Below are positions 29,877 to 39,063 of a DNA stretch of 64,000 bases, piece by piece; positions within the stretch are counted from its first letter, which is position 1, and each line of letters opens with the position of its first letter. A program made the position numbers and the translations under genes. The stretch spans positions 988,506-1,052,505 of the forward strand of contig CAVWHX010000004.1 in assembly GCA_963754925.1 (NCBI GenBank), in the 5' to 3' direction. The stretch is from an uncultured delta proteobacterium. GTDB taxonomy: Bacteria; Myxococcota; B64-G9. The notes beneath the pieces are model-generated. The model did not search any database, was not told the DNA's origin, and saw only the letters and a list, made by a program, of their open reading frames with translations.

Positions 29877-30006
29877 GGCAGGCTCCTCAAACGAAATCGT
29901 CTCGTGGTGGGATCTATGCTATTTCTGAGCGACGGCGACCCCACCGATTCATACTGGTTAAGGTTCTCTCGTTTCCGAGACGAGTTCAATAGGATTTTAG
30001 GGGGAC

Positions 30007-30468
30007 TTAGTTACTCTGACGGGTCCAGAGGCGTTGCTCAAGGATATGGATGGCCAGGTCGAGCTCCTCCAGCTCATCACCGGGGCCAAGGAACCGGATG
30101 ACCTGATTCACCAACTCGGTGCGGCTGAAGGGTTTGACGAGGACTCCAGCGGCTCCGCACCCAAGCATGCGATCTTTCAAGCCGTCGGCCGAAGGATCTA
30201 TCATTGCAATGAGTGGAATAGCTGCGGTGGCGGGACCGACCTTAAGTTGCGTACAAACAAAAATGCTTTCGTCCGGTGGGTTTCGGGTTTCGAGTAAGAT
30301 GAGGTCGGGTGGGTCGGGTACCATCAAGGCAAGCGCCCACACACCGTCATCTACGGTGCGAACTCGATAGCCGCTATCCTCAAGCCAACGCCTATACACC
30401 CATACGAGATCGAGGTTGTGCTCAGCTATCATTACTACTGGTTTTCTGTCTAGGGCAGGTTTGGTCAC
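30007..30468 (-). CDS. receiver-like (pseudo-receiver) single-domain protein
   Basis: REC-like alternation and the conserved Lys (VLVKPF). The acidic pocket is AEHN and the phospho-acceptor position is Glu (DLILLETRN). Confidence 0.6.
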   Translation of the reverse strand: MTKPALDRKPVVMIAEHNLDLVWVYRRWLEDSGYRVRTVDDGVWALALMVPDPPDLILLETRNPPDESIFVCTQLKVGPATAAIPLIAMIDPSADGLKDRMLGCGAAGVLVKPFSRTELVNQVIRFLGPGDELEELDLAIHILEQRLWTRQSN

Positions 30469-30692
30469 CTTGGTACGCCTCCGAAATAAAGGCTGCGGCG
30501 TGCGATTTCACCTCTGATTCACACCACACATAATTTTTCTGCAAAGTTCATGCCGGGATATCGGCGGTCAAATAATCCCTTAAGTCTTTAAACATCCAGC
30601 AATTTCAATGAGATAGAAGGATACTATAAGTTGCTATGGGAGGGTAGGCAATAACCCCAGGGGTCGGTGTACCCCATAATTGCCGTTACGTT

Positions 30693-31709
30693 TTAGAGCA
30701 ATCGCGCACCGCGCTTGTCAACGCGGCAGAGCTTGCCCGTAGCCGCGACGTTCCGGCGAGCAAAGGCGGCAATCATGGCGCCTAAAATTTTTTTTGCTTG
30801 CGTTATTGTCGCAGCCACGGCGACCACGCTGGGGCCTGAACCTGATAGCGAGCAGCCCAGGGCGCCCTGCCGGCAAGCCGCCTTCTGCACGGCAACGAAA
30901 CCCTTGACGAGCGAGCGCCGGTATGGCTCGGCGACGATGTCGCGGAGGCATTTGGCAAACAGCGTTCGATCGCGCACGTGGAGCGAATGAACCAAACAGG
31001 CCACGTTACCGGCAAATGACGTCGATAGTCCGAGCGGTATCGATTGAGGTAATACTCTGCGAGCCTGTGCGGTTGACACCGATAACGCGGGATGCACCAT
31101 CGCAAACACAAAATTCTTAAAAAACGGCAACGGCTGAGGGTCGTATCGGCCGCCATGACCAATCAACCGAAGCCCGCCCAGTAACGCCGGCGCGACATCA
31201 TCATAGAAAACCCCGCCACTGACGAGGCCTTCAGCCTGGCCGGCGAGCTCAAGCAACGTCCGGGCGTTGAATGGCTCGCGATACCACGCGTTGAGCGCGA
31301 ACAACGTTGCCACCACCGAGCTGGCCGAGGAACCGAGTCCACTGCAGATCGGCAGATTTTTGTAAAGAGTCAATTGAACGGGTACCGGATCACGACGGTC
31401 GCGTCGCAGCTTTTGATTGAAGAGGTTGAGGCATCGCCAGACTAAATTATTTTTTGGATTCTTCGGCAGCATGGTGGCGAACGGCCCCGTGATACTAAGA
31501 GTCGAGCGGCCACGGTTACTTCCGTTTGGTGCCACCTCAACGACGTCTCCCCACAGCGAGCCATCCAACGGCGCGAGCGCTGCACCCAGGACATCAAATC
31601 CAGCGATGAAGTTTCCGATAGTGGCAGGGGCATAGGCCCGTACCCTCGTGTTTCCCCTCTGACTTTTCTTTGCCATACAGCCCGATTCGCGCTTCTTGCA
31701 ATAGGTCAT
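30693..31709 (-). CDS. thrB: homoserine kinase (GHMP family)
   Basis: VRAYAPATIGNFIAGFDVLG N-terminal motif and the GHMP ATP motif PICSGLGSSASSVVA. An alternative start at 31676 (MAKKSQ) is possible. Confidence 0.88.
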   Translation of the reverse strand: MTYCKKRESGCMAKKSQRGNTRVRAYAPATIGNFIAGFDVLGAALAPLDGSLWGDVVEVAPNGSNRGRSTLSITGPFATMLPKNPKNNLVWRCLNLFNQKLRRDRRDPVPVQLTLYKNLPICSGLGSSASSVVATLFALNAWYREPFNARTLLELAGQAEGLVSGGVFYDDVAPALLGGLRLIGHGGRYDPQPLPFFKNFVFAMVHPALSVSTAQARRVLPQSIPLGLSTSFAGNVACLVHSLHVRDRTLFAKCLRDIVAEPYRRSLVKGFVAVQKAACRQGALGCSLSGSGPSVVAVAATITQAKKILGAMIAAFARRNVAATGKLCRVDKRGARLL

Positions 31710-31727
31710 CGTTTAACACCTGAAGGG

Positions 31728-33767
31728 TTAGGCATCCTTGATCGGTGCTCGCTTTGAGTTCGGCTTGGATGACCACCTGCCGACGCGCGAAAGTCCGCGC
31801 TGAGCGGTGTCAATCGCGCCATCCAAGACCAGTTCGAAGGTTGTGGCGAGATCCACGAGTGTACCGCGCACTCCGCTCCGGGCCGTTTCGCGAAATACTT
31901 CCAACGTTTGCTTCATGATCGCCACTTGATCAAGCGCGGCCGAACGGCTGCCTTCCTGGCTTTCCTGGAGCGCCATCAAAAAACTGGCCAGTGCGCGGAG
32001 AGCACCCTGTTCAGGGTCCGGCCCCAGAATGTCTTCCGCCTTATGTAACAGTTCGGCTTCGCGAGCGTGATCCTGGTCTGGACGGTAGACCTGGTGCTGA
32101 TCGCCGCCGAGGAATCGCACCTCACTGCGCACCTCGCCGGTTTTCTTGTTTTGATAGAGATTCACCCAAACGTTTTCCGCGCAGTCGCCCCAAAGACCCA
32201 ACAGCCAATAGTCGCGCAACCAGTCTTTAGGCCGGAGGTTGGGAAGGCACGCATGGTCGAGGTAGTGGCGCAGCACCAGCGTGAAAAATACCACTAACTT
32301 CTCGATGAGGTCAGGCTGCGACCGCAGGTATCCGGCAAACTGCGGGGCTCGCACCTGTGACAGGCGGAAGCTGTCCTGCACCCGCTCGTGGGGGAGCGGT
32401 CGCGGTGTCGGCGCGCTTACAAAAGACAGCAGGATCATGGGCGGGCGCTGATACGTCACCAGTTCACCGCTCTCATCGGTAAGCCCACCCCGCCCTTGCA
32501 TGGCGTCAAGCTGCTCGCGGACTATCTCGAAAAAACGTTCACGCTGGTGATCATCGAAGCGCGCAAGCCACCTGCCTGGCACGTCCATGGATGAAAAGAG
32601 GCCGGCTATGTTTCGGTTGCGCCGCGGAGTAACCTGGTCTCCACGGAGATGAGAGGCGAATACCGTGGCTGCATGGCCAACAAAATGCACGGTGGTGATG
32701 CCCTGCTGGTTGCCCAGGGCTTCGAGGTCGAAATCAGGATAATCGTAGTGGTGATCGAGCACGAGTTCAGCGATCGCGCGCAACCGTTCGGTTGACAGTT
32801 CAAGTGGCAGTTCGCGGTTGAGGGCCGAGCCAAGCGCGGCAGCGAACAACCGTACGGCGCGCCGATTGTTTTCGAGCATGCGGGTGCGTTCGGCGGTCTC
32901 AATCGACGGATCCTCATGGTACACATTCGTCCGCCCCGCAAGGAAATTCTCGTCGCCCCAGCGTTCGAAGCATTCCATGATAAGATCGCGGGCCCGCGGC
33001 CAACCAAACCAGGGGTGGCGCGAGCCGAGCACCCAGCGCATCGTATCGCGTACACCCGCGGTGGCCCGGCGTGAAAAGAACTCGCGCAGCTTTGAGACCA
33101 TCGCGCCATCCAACGGCTCCCGGCGCAACCGTTTCTGCACGCTTCCCATATCGGCCATCCGTGGCGGTCGGCCGTGGTACACGGGATCATGCGCCAGCAG
33201 CTCGACGGCGGTCCAGTGACGGGTCGAGTTGAAATACTGCTCCTCAAGCAAGATGGGTTCCTCGGCACGTGGGGTTTCACCCGACAGCCAAGCGCGTACC
33301 CGGACGAGCGGCGAAAGCGCCTCAGCCGGTGGCGGCCCATAGCCGAAGTAAGCGAGCTCGCGCGCGGCCTCGACGGCGCTTATCAGCGAGCGTCTGCGTG
33401 TGTGAAAGAGCGATGACCCGAATGCCCCGAGCGCCTCGCCGACGAGGGCACGGGGCACTTCCCATTGCCGCCGCAAGAAGTCGAATCGAAGCATGTCAAC
33501 GCGCGCCTGCCGCAACTCATACTGCGTCGCCAATTGACGAGCAATCGTGCGCGCCGAGGCTTTCGTGTTTCGACGTCCGGCGGGCAGCAGGTTAGCCAGC
33601 TCGTGCGAAAGCCTTTCGGGATCAAAGCGGAGATGTTTCCAGACCCAGTCGGCTGTATCAGGCGAGTCGAACGGCACAGCCGAGCCCAGCAATGCGGTGA
33701 GAATTGCCTGGTCGGATACCGCGAACGGTCGCGGTGGAGTACGTTTGGGTTTATTATTCTCGGCCAT
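31728..33767 (-). CDS. large hypothetical protein (679 aa), no recognisable domain
   Basis: Long uninterrupted ORF. I prefer the start at 33767 (MAENNKPKR, GAGGAAAG upstream) over the track start at 33845. No motif I can assign. Confidence 0.65.
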   Translation of the reverse strand: MAENNKPKRTPPRPFAVSDQAILTALLGSAVPFDSPDTADWVWKHLRFDPERLSHELANLLPAGRRNTKASARTIARQLATQYELRQARVDMLRFDFLRRQWEVPRALVGEALGAFGSSLFHTRRRSLISAVEAARELAYFGYGPPPAEALSPLVRVRAWLSGETPRAEEPILLEEQYFNSTRHWTAVELLAHDPVYHGRPPRMADMGSVQKRLRREPLDGAMVSKLREFFSRRATAGVRDTMRWVLGSRHPWFGWPRARDLIMECFERWGDENFLAGRTNVYHEDPSIETAERTRMLENNRRAVRLFAAALGSALNRELPLELSTERLRAIAELVLDHHYDYPDFDLEALGNQQGITTVHFVGHAATVFASHLRGDQVTPRRNRNIAGLFSSMDVPGRWLARFDDHQRERFFEIVREQLDAMQGRGGLTDESGELVTYQRPPMILLSFVSAPTPRPLPHERVQDSFRLSQVRAPQFAGYLRSQPDLIEKLVVFFTLVLRHYLDHACLPNLRPKDWLRDYWLLGLWGDCAENVWVNLYQNKKTGEVRSEVRFLGGDQHQVYRPDQDHAREAELLHKAEDILGPDPEQGALRALASFLMALQESQEGSRSAALDQVAIMKQTLEVFRETARSGVRGTLVDLATTFELVLDGAIDTAQRGLSRVGRWSSKPNSKRAPIKDA

Positions 33768-33820
33768 ATCTTCTTTCCTCGACGGAACCTTGTTCCAGCC
33801 GCCGGCGCCGGTGACTGAAC

Positions 33821-34822
33821 TTATATGAGAAAGCGCAGGTCCCACGGCCCAATCTCACCCCAGCGCAGGCGCGGGTCGGCCCGGAGCAGCCGCAGTCCAG
33901 GGACTACAAAGCGTAGTTCTGGGCCAGCGGAGATGGTGAAGTGGTCGGTGGGCGGGTACAGTTCCCCATCCAGCGTGTAGGGCTCGGGGCGCTCCAGGCG
34001 TAGTTCCAACGCTTTGCTTATTACCCGCATAAAACCGTCCAAGGGGTGGGGCGATCCGAGCCATAACGATGGTATGGCGCGAAGTATCTGCGAAGCGGTC
34101 CCCGTCACCAACATGCTCTCGAACATGTCAATGTCCCATCCAGCCCGCGGAAAAACTTTAAACCGAAGTGAGAGCTCCTCAATGAAACTAGAGAAGAACG
34201 CAATCATCTGAGTTTCGTGCCAGGGACCCTCGTCCAAGCGATAGGAAGTACGGATCGGGGACAGCAGACTTTTCGAGACCGGCCCCTGTTGCACAGCATC
34301 GAGGATGATAGATCCAATGAGCTTCGCCGCACCGGCCTGGGTTGCTTCTCCACGATAATACAGTTCCAAAAAGCGCGGAGCTACCCCGAGGCCAAACATG
34401 AAACTGTGGTGGTGATTGACCTTCAACATGTTGCGACGGAGACAGCGCAGCGGAACATTGTGACGGTAGCGCGCCAGGGTCAGCAACAACGCGGTCGTAC
34501 TGCCGGCGCGGATTCCAAACGAGGCAGGCACCATGTTTTGGGTGCCCGAGGGTAGAAGCAAAATGGGAGGCAACGACTGTTTGCCATAAACTTTGAGCAG
34601 CAGCTCGATTGTTCGGTGGGCAGTGCCGTCGCCGCCACTAAGAGCCACCATGTCGATTTGGCAGCGTTTAAACTCCTCGGCAGCTCGTTCGGCGTCATCG
34701 AGGGTGCCGGTCGACGCCACCTCGCCGCCTCGGCCGACGATAAAGGTCAATCGATTCTTGAGGTTAGGGTAAAGCTTGTTCAGACCTGCGTTAGGGTTGC
34801 TGATGACGCCGATGCCTGGCAT
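33821..34822 (-). CDS. diacylglycerol/lipid kinase catalytic-domain protein (DAGK_cat / YegS-like fold)
   Basis: N-terminal IGVISNPNAG... and the conserved ALSGGDGTAHR motif of the DAGK/NAD-kinase-like fold. 333 aa. Confidence 0.75.
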   Translation of the reverse strand: MPGIGVISNPNAGLNKLYPNLKNRLTFIVGRGGEVASTGTLDDAERAAEEFKRCQIDMVALSGGDGTAHRTIELLLKVYGKQSLPPILLLPSGTQNMVPASFGIRAGSTTALLLTLARYRHNVPLRCLRRNMLKVNHHHSFMFGLGVAPRFLELYYRGEATQAGAAKLIGSIILDAVQQGPVSKSLLSPIRTSYRLDEGPWHETQMIAFFSSFIEELSLRFKVFPRAGWDIDMFESMLVTGTASQILRAIPSLWLGSPHPLDGFMRVISKALELRLERPEPYTLDGELYPPTDHFTISAGPELRFVVPGLRLLRADPRLRWGEIGPWDLRFLI

Positions 34823-34966
34823 GTAACCCTCGGCTGAAAATATCTCGTTCGGGTCGAACAGCGGTCATTTCGAACGTTTTGAGCATAAGCCGTATTAGAC
34901 CGGTTTTCAAGCAGGGAACGAGATAAAATTTGATTTTTCAAGGTGGAATTTGGTAACCTTTGATAA

Positions 34967-36385
34967 ATGCGTACTCACGAGGCAATGAAAGAAATGCGTA
35001 CAGATTTCAAATCTATGTGCAGTTTCGCATTGTGGTTGCTCACCATGCCGCTCTTGGCCAACGCCCAAACTGTCGAAACGGGGCCACGGGTCCAAACCTA
35101 TAAACAGGTGGAGAAAGGGCTCGAGGTGGGATTGCAGGGTGGCGCCGCGCTGGATTTCAAACCCGCGCTGGGTGGGACAAACGTAGGTGCTCTCGTCGGC
35201 CTTGAGCTTGGGTACGATGTGACATGGCTGTTTCGAATAAAGATGGGCTTTATGGATGAATTATATTCTGGTCGCGGCACTAATACCGCGGGCCAGCGTG
35301 CCTCGATGGATTACGAAGGTCGCATTTTCTGGGCCGGTGCCTCATTGGCCCTTTTTGCAACCGAGCGCAGCTATCTGTATATCCAGGGGGGCGCCGGGTA
35401 TCTGCTCTCGTATCCCAAGGGTATTAAGGGCTTATATAAGGGTGCTCAAGTAGACGTGGCCGGCAAAGATAGCTTGGTTGTCTTAGCGGGCGGTGGTTTT
35501 GAGTACTATCCCAATTTTCGACATTTCTCCTTTGCCATAGAGGCCAATATTGAATATCTCCCCTTGCGGGATCATGATATTGCCGTTGTCGTCTATCCCA
35601 TGATCCGGTACACCTTTGGGCTAACAGAAGCAAAAACCGTTAAACCGATACAGGATCGCGATCATGATGGCGTGCCCGACGATGAAGATGAATGCCCCGA
35701 TGTCCCGGGGCCGGTGAGCAACAAGGGTTGTCCTGAGAAAGACACCGACGGCGATGGGGTGCCCGACCGCGAGGACAAATGTCCGAATGAGCCTGGTCCG
35801 GCATCTAATGATGGTTGCCCTTTAATCCAAGATCGTGATGGAGATGGTGTTCCCGACAACGTCGATCGCTGCCCGGATCAGCCGGGTCCGAAAGAGAACG
35901 ACGGCTGTCCGCTGCCAGACAGGGACGGGGATGGCATTCCGGATAATATCGACAAATGCCCCGACGTCAAAGGCCTGCCTGAATACGACGGCTGCCCGAC
36001 CAAGGATGCAGTCAAAGTCAATGTTAAGCGTGACTCCATAGAATTGCGTGAAAAGATCCACTTTGAAACCAACAAAGCCGTGATCATGCCAGACTCTTTT
36101 GCTCTGCTCCACCAGGTCGTGGCTACGCTGGTGCAGCATCCGGAGATTCTTAAATTGCGGATTGAAGGCCATACCGACTCGGTTGGTACCCGCCCGTATA
36201 ACCTCGCTCTCAGCCAGCGTCGAGCTCAATCGGTTGTCGAGTACTTGGTAAACAAGGGAATCGACCAGACGCGGCTGTCATCCCAAGGCTTCGGCATGGA
36301 AAAACCCATTGCCTCCAACAAGACGGAAGAAGGCCGCAGCCAGAACCGCCGTGTGGAAATGATCATTCTCCAACGTGCCGATTAA
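34967..36385 (+). CDS. OmpA-family outer membrane protein with thrombospondin type 3 (Ca-binding) repeats
   Basis: Signal peptide (..LLANA). A beta-barrel-like N-terminal half. Four or five D-x-D-x-DG-(V/I)-PD repeats with C-P-(D/N)-x-P-G at about 35651-36001. A C-terminal OmpA_C domain (GHTDSVGTRPYNLALSQRRAQSV). The exact start is uncertain. Confidence 0.85.
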   Translation: MRTHEAMKEMRTDFKSMCSFALWLLTMPLLANAQTVETGPRVQTYKQVEKGLEVGLQGGAALDFKPALGGTNVGALVGLELGYDVTWLFRIKMGFMDELYSGRGTNTAGQRASMDYEGRIFWAGASLALFATERSYLYIQGGAGYLLSYPKGIKGLYKGAQVDVAGKDSLVVLAGGGFEYYPNFRHFSFAIEANIEYLPLRDHDIAVVVYPMIRYTFGLTEAKTVKPIQDRDHDGVPDDEDECPDVPGPVSNKGCPEKDTDGDGVPDREDKCPNEPGPASNDGCPLIQDRDGDGVPDNVDRCPDQPGPKENDGCPLPDRDGDGIPDNIDKCPDVKGLPEYDGCPTKDAVKVNVKRDSIELREKIHFETNKAVIMPDSFALLHQVVATLVQHPEILKLRIEGHTDSVGTRPYNLALSQRRAQSVVEYLVNKGIDQTRLSSQGFGMEKPIASNKTEEGRSQNRRVEMIILQRAD

Positions 36386-36466
36386 CAAGTATTCCCTATC
36401 ATTGACTGAAGATTGAATTCATAGTTAATCTACCTCTAGGCTTGTGGGGACGGAGAGAGAAAACGG

Positions 36467-37828
36467 ATGATCCGCTTCGTCAGTACGAATCGGCAGACAC
36501 CGGCTGTAAATCTCGGCGAAGCCCTGCTCCTGGGTCAGGCTCCGGACCAGGGGCTCTTCATGCCCGAGGAGCTGCCGTGCTTCTCGAAAGAATTCCTTCG
36601 CCAGGCCAAGCACCTCAGTTACCCGGAACTGGCCACGGCGATCCTGGCGCCCTACGCGGAAGGCGTCTTCACCTTCGAGACACTCTCTAACATCTGCCAG
36701 GACGCCTATGACTTCCCGGTGCCCCTGGAGCAGGTGACACCAAAGCGCCACCTGATGCGTTTGGATCAAGGCCCCACGGCCTCGTTCAAGGATTTTGCCG
36801 CGCGCTTTATGGGTCGTGCCCTCGGAAGGCTGGTGCGGGACAAAGGGCTCAGAGCTTTGATCCTCACCGCCACCTCCGGCGATACCGGCAGCGCCGTTGC
36901 GCACGCCTTCCTGGGCGTAGCCGGCATCCAGGTGATGGTGCTCTTTCCCAAGGACGAAGTCTCCGACCGCCAGCGCAAACAGATGACGACACTCGGCGGT
37001 AACGTGGCCACCCTGGCCCTGGATGCCAAGTTCGATGATTGTCAGGCCCTGGTGAAGCGCGCCTTCGCCGATCCCGATCTGGCGGGCCTGCATTTGTCCT
37101 CGGCCAACTCAATTAACATCGGCCGTCTGCTGCCCCAATCGGTGTATTATGTGTACGCCGCGTCGCGGCTCGCGGATATTGAAATGGGCGAAAAGGTGGT
37201 CTTCTCCGTGCCCAGCGGCAATTTCGGCGATCTCATGGGCGGCGTGCTCTCGTTCAAGAGCGGCCTGCCCGTGGAGCGCTTTGTGGTGGCCACTAATGCC
37301 AACGATGAGGTGCCGCGCTTCCTAGCCACGGGTACCTATACCAAGATCGAACCCAGCCACGTGTGCATCTCCAACGCCATGAATGTGGGCCATCCCTCCA
37401 ATCTGGCGCGGCTCGTGTCCCTGTACGGCGGGCGGATGGACGAGGCGGGCCACCTGCTCCAGGTTCCCGACATGGTTGCTATGCGCCGGGATTTCTACTC
37501 GGTGAGCATCGGCGACGATGAGACGCGGCAGACCCTGGCCAGGGTGCACAAGGAACACGGTATAATGCTCGAACCCCACGGCGCCGTAGGCTGGGCGGGG
37601 CTTAGGCACTTCCTGGAGACGTACCCCGAAGCTGCCAATCTCACCGCCATCTCCCTGGAGACCGCGCATCCCGCCAAGTTCCCCGATGAAATCCGCGTGG
37701 TCATAGGCCAAGATCCGCCCCTGCCGCCGAGCCTCCAAGGACTGGACAGCAAGCCGGAACAATTTGTTGAAATGGCTACGGAGTATGACGAATTCAAAGC
37801 CTATCTTCTGAAGGAATACCGTTTATGA
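36467..37828 (+). CDS. thrC: threonine synthase
   Basis: PLP-lysine segment GPTASFKDFAARF, TATSGDTGSA and the overall ThrC layout. 453 aa. Confidence 0.92.
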   Translation: MIRFVSTNRQTPAVNLGEALLLGQAPDQGLFMPEELPCFSKEFLRQAKHLSYPELATAILAPYAEGVFTFETLSNICQDAYDFPVPLEQVTPKRHLMRLDQGPTASFKDFAARFMGRALGRLVRDKGLRALILTATSGDTGSAVAHAFLGVAGIQVMVLFPKDEVSDRQRKQMTTLGGNVATLALDAKFDDCQALVKRAFADPDLAGLHLSSANSINIGRLLPQSVYYVYAASRLADIEMGEKVVFSVPSGNFGDLMGGVLSFKSGLPVERFVVATNANDEVPRFLATGTYTKIEPSHVCISNAMNVGHPSNLARLVSLYGGRMDEAGHLLQVPDMVAMRRDFYSVSIGDDETRQTLARVHKEHGIMLEPHGAVGWAGLRHFLETYPEAANLTAISLETAHPAKFPDEIRVVIGQDPPLPPSLQGLDSKPEQFVEMATEYDEFKAYLLKEYRL

Positions 37829-39054
37829 AGACCGTGATCATCCTGGGCGATGGCATGTCGGACCGCCCCGTGGCCGCCCTGGGAGGCAAAACCCCTCTCA
37901 TGGTGGCCCGCAAGCCATACATCGATCGCATCGCCCGGGAGGGTGTCATGGGGCTTTTCGCGACTATCCCCGAAGGCATGGTCAATGGCTCGGACGTGGC
38001 CAATCTCTCCGTGCTGGGCTACGATCCGCGGATCTGCCTCCAGGGCCGCGGCGTGTTGGAAGCCGCGAGCATGGGCGTGGAATTGGATCCCTCAGACGTG
38101 GCCATGCGCTGCAATCTGCTGACCCTCGACGGGCAGGGTTGCATTAAGAATCACAGCGCGGGACACATCAGCAGCGGGGAGGCCGCCGTTCTCATCCGCG
38201 ACCTGGACCGGGAACTGGGCGCAGCTGCGGGTGATCGGCCCGCCGTGTTTTACCCCGGCGTCAGCTACCGTCATCTGCTGGTGTTGCCCGGAGGCTGGGC
38301 TTCACCCGAGGTGGACTGTTTTCCGCCCCACGACTACGTCGGCAGGCCCGAGGCGGAACTGTTGCCCAGGGCCAAGACCGCCGCGGGTGAGGGCACCGCC
38401 ACGCGCCTGCTGGAACTCCATCGGCGCGCCAAGACGTTGCTCGCGGATCATCCCGTGAATCGCGCGCGTTGGAAAGGCGGAAAGGATCCCGCCAACGCCA
38501 TCTGGGTGTGGTCTTTGGGACGACGGCCGCAGATGGAGCCGCTCACCACGCGTTTCCACATCACCGGCGCCGTCATCTCCGCCGTGGACCTCATACGCGG
38601 CATCGGCAAGTATGCAGGCCTGGATCGTGTCCACGTGGATGGCGCCACGGGCCTTTACGACACCAACTACGAAGGCAAGGCTCAGGCGGCCTTGGAGGCT
38701 CTCAACACCCACGACTTTGTCTTCGTCCACGTCGAAGCCACGGACGAGGCGGGCCACGCCAAGGATTTGGATCTGAAGATCAAGTGCATCGAGTACCTGG
38801 ATCGGCGTCTCGTGGGCCCCATTCTCGAGGGCATCCAGGCCAAGGGCTGGGATGCAACCATCGCGGTCCTGCCGGATCACCCTACCCCCGTGGAGACCGG
38901 CAACCACGGAAGCGATCCCGTGCCCGTAGCGCTGTGGCGCACGGGCATCACGCCCGACGGCAGCAGCGCTTTCGATGAAGTGCAGGCCGCCAGCGGTTCC
39001 CTGGGACTCCTCAAAAACGACGAATTCATCCGTATGGTATTCAATGTCCGATAG
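37825..39054 (+). CDS. ApgM-family cofactor-independent phosphoglycerate mutase-like protein (the thrC-linked 'proposed homoserine kinase' subgroup)
   Basis: ILGDGMSDRP...GKTPL N-terminus, NGSDVANLSVLGYDP, and VHVEATDEAGH and PDHPTP metal-site motifs of the alkaline-phosphatase-like superfamily. ATGA overlap with the thrC stop. Confidence 0.85.
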   Translation: MKTVIILGDGMSDRPVAALGGKTPLMVARKPYIDRIAREGVMGLFATIPEGMVNGSDVANLSVLGYDPRICLQGRGVLEAASMGVELDPSDVAMRCNLLTLDGQGCIKNHSAGHISSGEAAVLIRDLDRELGAAAGDRPAVFYPGVSYRHLLVLPGGWASPEVDCFPPHDYVGRPEAELLPRAKTAAGEGTATRLLELHRRAKTLLADHPVNRARWKGGKDPANAIWVWSLGRRPQMEPLTTRFHITGAVISAVDLIRGIGKYAGLDRVHVDGATGLYDTNYEGKAQAALEALNTHDFVFVHVEATDEAGHAKDLDLKIKCIEYLDRRLVGPILEGIQAKGWDATIAVLPDHPTPVETGNHGSDPVPVALWRTGITPDGSSAFDEVQAASGSLGLLKNDEFIRMVFNVR

Positions 39055-39063
39055 GCACGTCAG

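Noticed and set aside
32606-33340. 244-aa alternative-frame ORF on the same strand inside the 679-aa hypothetical gene
   Set aside because: It is out of frame with the much longer ORF. It is Arg/Cys/Trp-rich, which is off-frame composition.
36425-37093. 222-aa minus-strand ORF over the thrC 5' half (similar ones at 37322-37762 and 38302-38907 lie over thrC and the ApgM-like gene)
   Set aside because: These are antisense to well-supported genes. Their length simply reflects the high G+C at third codon positions in this segment.
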